Shown here piece after piece: positions 47,133 through 64,000 of a stretch of 64,000 bases of DNA. The notes under the pieces were generated by a model, which was not told where the DNA came from, searched no databases, and was given only the letters and a program-made list of their open reading frames with translations. This DNA comes from Macrostomum lignano. Its lineage: Eukaryota. Both the position numbers and the translations under genes were made by a program. The stretch covers positions 1 through 64,000 of the forward strand of contig NIVC01001549.1 in the NCBI GenBank assembly GCA_002269645.1, read 5' to 3'. The first letter of the stretch is position 1; every line of letters begins with the position of its first letter.

Positions 47133-48078
47133 GCTACGACTTGGAACTTGAAATTACGAGTATATTAGAAAATAATTAATTTCACTTATGCAGACAACGA
47201 TCGCGATCGACAAGAGGTAGACAGGCCACCTGCTTGACTGTCCGGCTCTCAATAACGCTAACTCCCGGAAATAATGTGCCATCGGATGTCTCCCGTTGTA
47301 AGCTGGGGCCATCAACTCACAAATTAAGTGTCCTCTGTTTTAGCAGCTCTCCACCGAAAGCAACAATAACGACAGCGACAAATGAAACGACAACAACAAA
47401 AACAACAATCGCAATGGTATCGCAATATCAACAACAACAAGAGAAACAACAAAGAAGACGAAACAACAAACTACTCACTTTTACTCGTAGTAAAAAGCGG
47501 TGCTTCTGTTGAAATAAATTCTGTTGTATTCGGTTTATTCTTCGTTTCATTTGTGTTTTAGTGCGCAAATTTTCATCATTCAAAGCAAAATTGGCAACTG
47601 CAGGTTTGAGCAAACAGGAATGTGTTAAAGTGCAACTGTACACATCATAGCATTTTTTATCGAAATCCTAAAATTTCTTAAACACGGAGTCAGTAGGCGA
47701 TACGCGATCGTAGAAAACGTCTAGAATTTTCCACTTTCAAAGCTAGGCATTCAATCCTCTTTCTTTCCATTTTAGACATTTTTTCTCAATGTGGAAATTC
47801 AATCTAAGTTCTAAAAGCAATCCAACAACAAATTTTTGGAAAAGCTTTAGCTTCACATTTACAAGTAGTGTTTGTTTATCTGCAAATACAGCCATTGTTC
47901 TAGCAGCAGGGTCAATCACGTAGATACGCAGTATGAGTAGAATGTATAAAAACATGAAATAAACAGACTATTTATCTATCGTCGAGGCTTTCTTAAATTA
48001 AATAATTAAAATAGAAATTTAACTAAATTGTTTCTTTCCTGACAAAGTGAAGCTTCATTGGATTGTAAATCTTATTTG

Positions 48079-56280
<8,202 letters not shown>

Positions 56281-57284
56281 CCAGACACTTGCTGTATCTA
56301 GGCGGAAACTTAACAGCAACCTTAGTGGCAGTTAAATGCGTGAGAATTTGTTCGGAATTCATATATGCCTCTGTGGAGAGGAAGGCTGAAAACTTATTCC
56401 ATAACTACTCACCTCTCTCAGTCTCCATCTCTCTCTCTCTCTCTCTCTCTGCTTCACCTGACTTGCGGTGGCATTTTTGTCGCTACAGAGCAGCATTTTG
56501 GTGTACAGTATACAACTTTTTCTTTTACTCTACACGCCAGTTTTTCTGTTTTTTTGGCCCCACCCTCTGGGGGAGTGCAGTGAGGTAACTCAATTGTTGG
56601 GGCTTCGAAGCGCCTTGAAGCTTTCATTCTTTGTCTTCTCTCTCTCTCACTCAGTGCTCGGCTCTGCATGTCTGTCTGTCGGTTTGTTAGTCTGCATGGC
56701 TCCATAAAACATTTCGGAAAACGACTCTGCGGGGACCCCTTTGCGCTATACTTGCCCGATGGAGCAGCTCAAGGTAAGCAAATGAGTTGAAGAATATAGC
56801 TCCATGACAAAGCATGCCCGCTCAACCATTTCGATATATAGACCAAAAGCCCAATGACCGAGACCTGTTACGGTGTCCGATCTTTTTCAGCTTTTTCATG
56901 GTTTCTAAGTGATCTTTAATAGATAGGGTCCACAGTACAGTGTAGCCACCTTAACCAATAGAATTCATGCTAGCTAAATCTGACAAAACAACCTTCAAAT
57001 GGCAAAACTTAATAATTGCAGAATAAGCTGCTTTAACCTTTCAGTGTCTTAAGGTCATTCCATTATAGAGACTTAAACCTTACAGCAAAACCTACGCTCT
57101 TTTTTGGGTGCAACTAAAAATTACTGTATTAAATGCAATTTATGAGAATTAATATGATGAATTTAATTAAATAGCTTTCTACAAACTCAGAAATTCAGCG
57201 ATAGTAATTTAAACCAAGTGACTTGTGTGATTATGTATTCGTATTCCATTAAACATTGTCTGATTGACTTGGAAGGCATAGAAT

Positions 57285-57995
57285 TAGACCTTGAAGGCAT
57301 GCAACGTAGCACCTTAAATGCTTGTAATATACATGTACGACCTTCGATCAAGGCATGCAGCATACGACCTTGAAGGCATGCAGCTACGACTTTGAAGGCA
57401 TGCAACATACGACCTTGAAGGCATGCAGCATGCGACCTTGAAGGCATGCAGCATACAACATTGAAGACATGCAACGTAGCACCTTGAATGCTTGTAATAT
57501 ACATGTACGACCTTCGACCAAGGCATGCAGCATGCGACCTTGAAGGCATGCAGCATACGACCTTGAAGGCATGCAGCATGCGACCTTGAAGGCACACAGC
57601 ATGCGACCTTGAAGGCATGCAGCATGCGACCTTGAAGGCACACAGCATGCGACCTTGAAGGCATGCAGCATGTGACCTTGAAGGCACACAGCATGCGACC
57701 TTGAAGGCATGCAGCATGCGACCTTGAAGGCATGCAGCAGACGACCTTGAAGGCATGCAGCATACGACCTTGAAGTCATGCAGATACGACCTTGAAGACA
57801 TGCAGCATGCGACCTGAAGGCATACAACGTAGCAACTTAAATGCATGTTATATACATTTACGACCTTCGATCAAGGCATGCAGCATACGACCTTGAAGGC
57901 ATGCAGCATGCGACCTTGAAGGCACACAGCATGCGACCTTGAAGGCATGCAACATACGACATTCAAGGCATGCAGCATACGACATTCAAGGCATG
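57285..57995. repeat. 23-bp minisatellite (GCATGCAGCATGCGACCTTGAAG)n with a recurring longer block
   Basis: Direct inspection. Confidence 0.94.
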
Positions 57996-59439
57996 CTAAA
58001 TGTTACCTCCAAGGTACAAGTACAAGTATATACATGTAACATAGAATTGTTATATACGAGTACTGTAGGCACGTAGTTTGGGTAGCAATGTATAACGTCG
58101 CTTAAAGATTTAATGACCACACCGGTCAGTTTTGACGATACCAATTAAATATAAAAAATATGCTTTAAAAGTCGTCCTTTAGATGATCAATTGGTTTGGA
58201 TCTATTCTGTATATTAGAGATTTTTAATTTTTATGAACCTCAAATTCTAAATATTTTAGCGATAAAAACTTTACAATGCTACTTAAAGTAAGAAAAAACG
58301 GTGACTTTGATAAAATTTTAAAAAGATTCGGCATTTCTTGAACATGTCTAGTGTGTACCAGTTTGGTTGAAAACATATTCCGGAATTGCAGGAAACCGCT
58401 TGGCGGAGCTTGCTTAACTGAAGTTTTACACGAGTGAAGGCCTGTCAATATTGACACAAATTTAGGCAGGTATCAGATAATAATACAAAAAAGCAATCGA
58501 TAATTTACGGATTAGTAGGTCCGTCTGTCAATTATCAATTGTTGGTACTCTGTCAAACCAAATTAAACTGACACCTAAGCACTGAATTCAATACATATAG
58601 GTCCATGTTTGTGTAATTTTTCATCACAATTAATCGAACAGGTATGCAGATATATATGACAGCCGTGTCTAAGAACTTTTTGGACCCACTACCATGCCAA
58701 AAGGTACGCTCGTACTTAATTACTGTATAATCAAATTGCATTCAGCAGACTCATAAATATCTGTTTTGATTCGTTAAATTGAATGCATTCATTCGGGTAC
58801 ATTGAAAATCTATAAAGGAACGACAGTTCGGGGTTTTGTGTCATATGCATCTTTTTGATGAGGACGCACTTTTTCCCAAATCCCGCGCTAGCACATGGGC
58901 TCTAAACTTACTTGCCTACTAACAGTGGGCAATGGGCATTTTTATCCTTTTTCTGCGAATTTTCATAGAATCTATACTAGATATAATGTCTGGTCATACT
59001 AGTAGTCATAATAACATAGGCGCAGCTTTTTGGGTCATAAATCATCGCTTTCAAAGTTGGTCTGACAGCCACCTGCGCCTCACTCAGTGTTGAAGCGGGC
59101 GCCAGATGGTCTGAGAGGATGCGGGCGGTAGCTTTTTTCTCATCATTTTGACAGGCCATCAAGATTTATGAGGTCAGAGCCTATTGTTCGTGTTCACTCA
59201 AGCGTGTGACAGCTTTGACAGATATGCGTTTTACCCCTAAAAGTACTTTGGGATTAGCGATTAGCAATTTCTCTTCATTATCCTCACTTTCTATTTAAAA
59301 AGAGCTTTCTAATGTATATTTTTTCATTAATTTCTGTCAGTCCTACGCGAAAAGTCATAAATCATTTTGTTGCGATTTTGAGTGATTTATGGCCGCACCT
59401 GTCATCTTTTTACGACCCTGTGGGAACTGATAGGATCTC

Positions 59440-59580
59440 TCGGTCACGTGATTCGGGGTAGCAACAAGCTTAGCCAATCAGAAAATTCGGCGCTCATTTT
59501 AACAAAACGGCTCAGCCAATCAGAATCGACGTGTTCCATTATAACAAACTGCGGTCCAGTTGGCGGCTATTTAAACCGGA
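59440..59580 (+). promoter_or_regulatory. Pol II promoter-like cluster: E-box CACGTG, two AGCCAATCAG (CCAAT) boxes, TATTTAAA
   Basis: Motifs in canonical order and spacing; no transcript evidence; could be an LTR or other element. Confidence 0.35.
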
Positions 59581-60401
59581 GTTTTTGGCCCGCTCGGACT
59601 CAACTTTGGCTCGGGCCCAGCGCGCAACTTCTGGTTCCCGGAGGACGACCGTCGTTTCTTGATCCCCGGATTGCGACTTCCCCCCATCATCATCAAGGAC
59701 GAGTCCCCCGGTCATCAGCAGCGAACATCAAGTTAAGAGCATCACCTGCTAGCTAACAGCGAAGATTGTGACAGCATCATCCCGAGTCTACAACTGCAGA
59801 GCATCGAGCCGATTCGGTCACTGTGGATTACCTGGTCTCCGGCTGTTGAGTTTCTGATTGGTTGGGTGAGAGGCTACCTAGACTTGCTTGATTGGGTGAT
59901 CCCTTTTCTGTCCCCTGTTGCAGTAGCTGAATTAGGCGCACACTTTTGCTCATTTTGTTCAGTAGTGCTGTTGCTGAGGCAGAAATCATTCAATAATACT
60001 GCTAGTAGTCTAAGACTCCAATTCAATCTGAAGTGTGAAGTGAACTAAGGAGAAGGTTAAATCTAACAGTTATTTTTGTCGGTTTTATTTCTTTGTTCGC
60101 CGATGGCTCAGATGAGTAGCTAAGCTAGTAGGCGCCGGTCACAGTGGACCAATGGCAAGGCAGTTCTCAGTCGACCAATCTATCAAATCAGTGAGCAAAG
60201 CTGCCAGAAGTGCAGAATCGGCGCCAGAGATGTACTTTGTGCACTCTAGGTTAGCCAAGCGGCTCGGGTAATGAATCATGCGGTCTCTGAAGTTCGAGTT
60301 AGTCTATCATCAGCGCTATGAGAGGCTAGTTGGCGCGTTGAAGGCCAAAAGTACATATCTTCGTATTTAGCAATGTAATAGTACATGTAGCTACCCCATA
60401 G

Positions 60402-60532
60402 ACTCGCCACCGCAAGAATCCCCTGCGCAAGTCCCCTCTGTACCTGCATGGCCAATGCGATCTAGTCCCAGCAGTGTCCCTTATCATCGGCTATGACTTC
60501 GAGATTGACAGCAAAAAGACACTAGTTGGCAG
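60402..60532 (+). CDS. Candidate internal exon of an unidentified + strand gene (TRHRKNPLRKSPLYLHGQCDLVPAVSLIIGYDFEIDSKKTLVG)
   Basis: Acceptor ccccatag, 43 open codons, consensus donor CAG|GTAAGT. Phase-compatible partners: 56759..56773, 59155..59172, 62121..62184, 63681 onward. No family recognised. Confidence 0.4.
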
Positions 60533-61249
60533 GTAAGTGCAAAGCCCCTTCTAGTCGGAAGCCCGATTTCGAGAGTCCCGGTGTGGTGAGCCAGGGCGCA
60601 CGGGCTGGTGGCAGCAAGTTAGTTGATCTGCGGATTAGCTAATTTCTACTTTCAAAATTCTCCCTGCTCGTCTCTCGCTGTCCCTCTCTTAGCTATAGGA
60701 CCTAGACTGCTCGCCACACGATCAAGCTACCATGGGGCTGACCATCTGACAGGAGTGGGGGGCCAGGTCTCTAATTGATTTATTTCTGAGCCTGAGGCCC
60801 GAAGGCTTCCCTAACAAGGAGCCCGAAGGTCGAAACCCATCATTTTAATAATTTTAACATACGAATAAATGGCGCATTAAGATTCACATTTTCGTGCACC
60901 TTCTTATAAGCGGAGGGTTTTAAGCCACAGCACGTGACTATAACAGTTAAATATGATATTATAACAAAACTTTGAGTAACGTCACGAGCATCTTTTGAGT
61001 CAGCTGACTCATTGAAGCTATTCAGATATTGAATTAATTTTTCTGGAATTTTCCTTTACTGTCGGCTTCTACTGTGAGTAGAACAAAAAGGATTCTATTT
61101 TGTTTTTCTACAAATGGAAAAATCTAGAAACTTGCCTCTCTTCTGCTATCTAAAAATAGATTGCTGGCAATGAACACTGTATGGGCGAATTGCCAATGAC
61201 AAGTGACAGTTTGACAAACTGCAAGTGATGCAAATTGGATAATTCTGCG

Positions 61250-61915
61250 CCATCCAACTCAACAGAAAGAATCGGCGCCATTCAACACTACTAGAGAAAT
61301 ATCCGGCGCCATCCAACTCTACTAGAAAGAATCGGCGCCATCCAACTCTACTAGAAAGAATCGGCGCCATCCAACTCTGCTAGAAAGAATCGGCGCCATC
61401 CAACTCTACTAGAGAGAATCGGCGCCATCCAACTCTGCTAGAGAAATATCCGGCGCCGTCCAACACTACCAGAGAAATATCCGGCGCCATCCAACTCTAC
61501 TAGAGAGAATCGGCGCCATCCAACTCTACTATAAAGAATCGGCGCCATCCAACTCTACCAGAGAAATATCCGGCGCCATCCAACTCTACTAGAAAGAATC
61601 GGCCCCATCCAACTCTACTAGAGAGAATTGGCGCCATCCAACTCTACTAGAGAGAATTGGCGCCATCCAGCTCTACTAGAGAGAATTGGCGCCATCCAAC
61701 TCTACTAGAAAGAATTGGCGCCATCCAACTCTACTAGAGAAATATCCGGCGCCGTCCAACACTACCAGAGAAATATCCGGCGCCATCAAACTCTACTAGA
61801 AAGAATCGGCGCCCTCCAACTCCACAAGAGAAATGTCCGGCGCTATCCAACTCTAATAGAAAGAATCGGCGCCCTCCAACTCTACTAGAGAAGTATCCGG
61901 CGCCATCCAACTCCC
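61250..61915. repeat. 29-30-bp minisatellite (CCAACTCTACTAGAAAGAATCGGCGCCAT)n
   Basis: Direct inspection. Confidence 0.94.
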
Positions 61916-62346
61916 CAACTCCCATTAGCTACCTGAAAATGCTTTCACCGACCCTAAGCCTACACTATCAGACGAATCAAAGCAATAACAAACCCACCTT
62001 AAGCTTCTTGAAACGAAACTTTTAGATTAAAAATAGATTTCACTAACGTCAAAGGGTGCAAAGAAGACCAGTTTAAAGGCAGAAAACAAGCGCCGTAGTA
62101 CAAAAGCGCCTCTCACCCAGCTCAGCATGCCCCACCCCATGCTCTCAGCATGAGAAGTTTCTCTATATACGTTTCACCTGGCAGGTGACTCAGCTAAAAA
62201 TAAACCGGCCTCAAAATAGGCAAGTCCACACACTTGACAAAGACGCTTCACTATCACTTATCTATAGTTGGCTGCACAGGGGCACTTTTTGTGCTGCGAT
62301 CAGATTAGGGAATTGTTTTACTTTCAAGCTGGTTTCCAGAGTCACC

Positions 62347-62495
62347 GAATTGGATTCAGAAGGGGTGAATCGGATTCAGAAGGGGTGAATTGGATTCAGA
62401 AGGGGTGAATTGGAGTCAAAATGGGTGAATTGGATTTAGAAGGGGTGAATTGGATTTAGAAGGGGTGAATTGGATTCAGAAGGGGTGAGTTGGTT
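62347..62495. repeat. 20-bp repeat (GAATTGGATTCAGAAGGGGT) x7
   Basis: Direct inspection. Confidence 0.92.
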
Positions 62496-64000
62496 TCAGA
62501 AATTTGTGTTAACCCCCCTCCCTTATGGACGTGAGCACTCTTTCTAATAAAATAAGTTAAAAAACCGCCTCAGCGGCACTAAAATAGTCATATTTGTTTT
62601 AGCACACGCCCAGCTCACTGGAGCCAGTCATACACTCTGCTACGAGTAATTAATTTCGATTATATTTTCTCAAGATGACGCAGTCGGAAACTAGAGAAAT
62701 TGTATTTTTAGACATATTAATTTGCCCACAATGTGCCTGCGCAGAGCCTAAGAACTGCATGCAAACATTTACTCCGTCTGGTGCAGAGGTTTGGCATGAA
62801 GGCAGATACGATAAGATTTTGTGCTAAATTTGCTTGCACACAAAATTGAAAAGCTTCACATAAGCTTCCCGAACCCTGCCGTTTGACGCAAATGGTCTCT
62901 AAAAATAGATTTAGCAACGACAATCAGGAATATTGCTCGTAGAGCGACGCACAATAGCTCGTTTAAACAAAAAAAAGATTTTGTAGACTCGAGACTCGAG
63001 CACTCACCAAATTGAGGAGTGAACGTGAAACTTCTACTCTCGTATTTTCTTTTTAGCCTTACTGTCTGCGTCTGCGGCTTGATTATTGTTGCTTCTAGTT
63101 ACTCACATTAAACGCCCGTGGCATTTGGGTTTCATATGGATGGATTGCAGTGCTTAAACAGATGATGATTATTACTCAGAAAATGATTTAAAAAAAACAC
63201 GAATGACACAGATCGTTTTAGCTTGGGTCAAAACTGTGCGGCATTCAAGCAAGAAAACTTGATGCTTTTTTGGTCATTATTGACTCAAATAACCAACCCC
63301 CCCCCCGAGAAGCGACAAGTTAAGCAGATTTGGGAGCGGTTAGTACCAAACCGATTAGACTAATTGCGTCAACTTCCCAGACAACCTTCTTGGGACAGTT
63401 GCGTCCCACTCAGCACATTTAACACATTTAAACCATTTTTCATGTTGCAAGGATCACCTTGAAGTTAACCGTTAAATATCAGAACGTAACATTCGCTTCA
63501 TGTGGGCAATTCTTTAGTTATTTGATAACCTTACAAGTGTTATCACAAATTGTCAATATTTCTTCTTCAAAACAAGTAATATGCAGATCCACTAAATACT
63601 GTAGCTAATTTCTTTTTAAAATCTTTAGAAAGCGAATAAATTCGAAATTAATTTGTATTCTACAAACTTTTTTTCTTCAGAATGCATCGCGTCAACCACA
63701 ACCACAACCACAGGATATAAGTACAAAAGTCAATTAGCTAAAAAAGCATCTAGCAAGAAGCACCGCAAATTATGAGTACTGAATCTAACCTTGGTTTAAC
63801 CTAGAGTCTTCTAAATAACTAAAAAATAGGCGGCAGACAGATATCATGAATGAATTTGTTGATGGGGTGCGCCGTGTGAAACTGGGGCATTGTGCTTCAC
63901 ATCTTTCACATTTACTGTTCGAAATGCGTCTGCAGGTCTATTTTTAGAATGAAAAGTTTTGGAAGTCTTGCTATCACCGTGCAATCGCGTTTACTTCTGT

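Noticed and set aside
47234-47512. Thr/Gln-rich ORF between ABCB and Slo
   Set aside because: Arises from (ACA)-rich low-complexity sequence in the 3' intergenic region.
59734-59736. Stop-codon readthrough or selenocysteine in the near-open frame
   Set aside because: The codon is TAA, not TGA; no start codon, no SECIS-like structure seen, no recognisable protein.

Overview
Eukaryotic (metazoan) genomic DNA, not prokaryotic: GC-rich exons separated by GT-AG introns, most of which carry their own mini- or microsatellite. The style resembles a flatworm such as Macrostomum, but this cannot be proven from the window. Three complete spliced genes were reconstructed by hand with consistent splice phases: (1) a cGMP-dependent protein kinase (PKG, + strand, 9450-30769, 13 exons per isoform) with two alternative first exons resembling vertebrate PKG I-alpha and I-beta, plus a candidate third internal N-terminus; (2) a full-length ABCB/P-glycoprotein transporter (+, 35397-46536, 13 exons, about 1304 aa); (3) a divergent Slo1/BK-type K+ channel (-, 56280-48079, 17 exons, about 1115 aa) with intact pore and Ca2+ bowl but a degenerate S4 voltage sensor. 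Also present: two tRNA-headed CORE-like SINE copies, a hAT-type MITE with an 8-bp TSD, a mariner-derived fold-back element, about 40 tandem arrays (one pair forms long inverted arms around ABCB exon 3), and fragments of two unidentified candidate genes near the window ends. Most long ORFs in the supplied track are translations of tandem repeats. All protein comparisons are from recall of the families, not from database searches.
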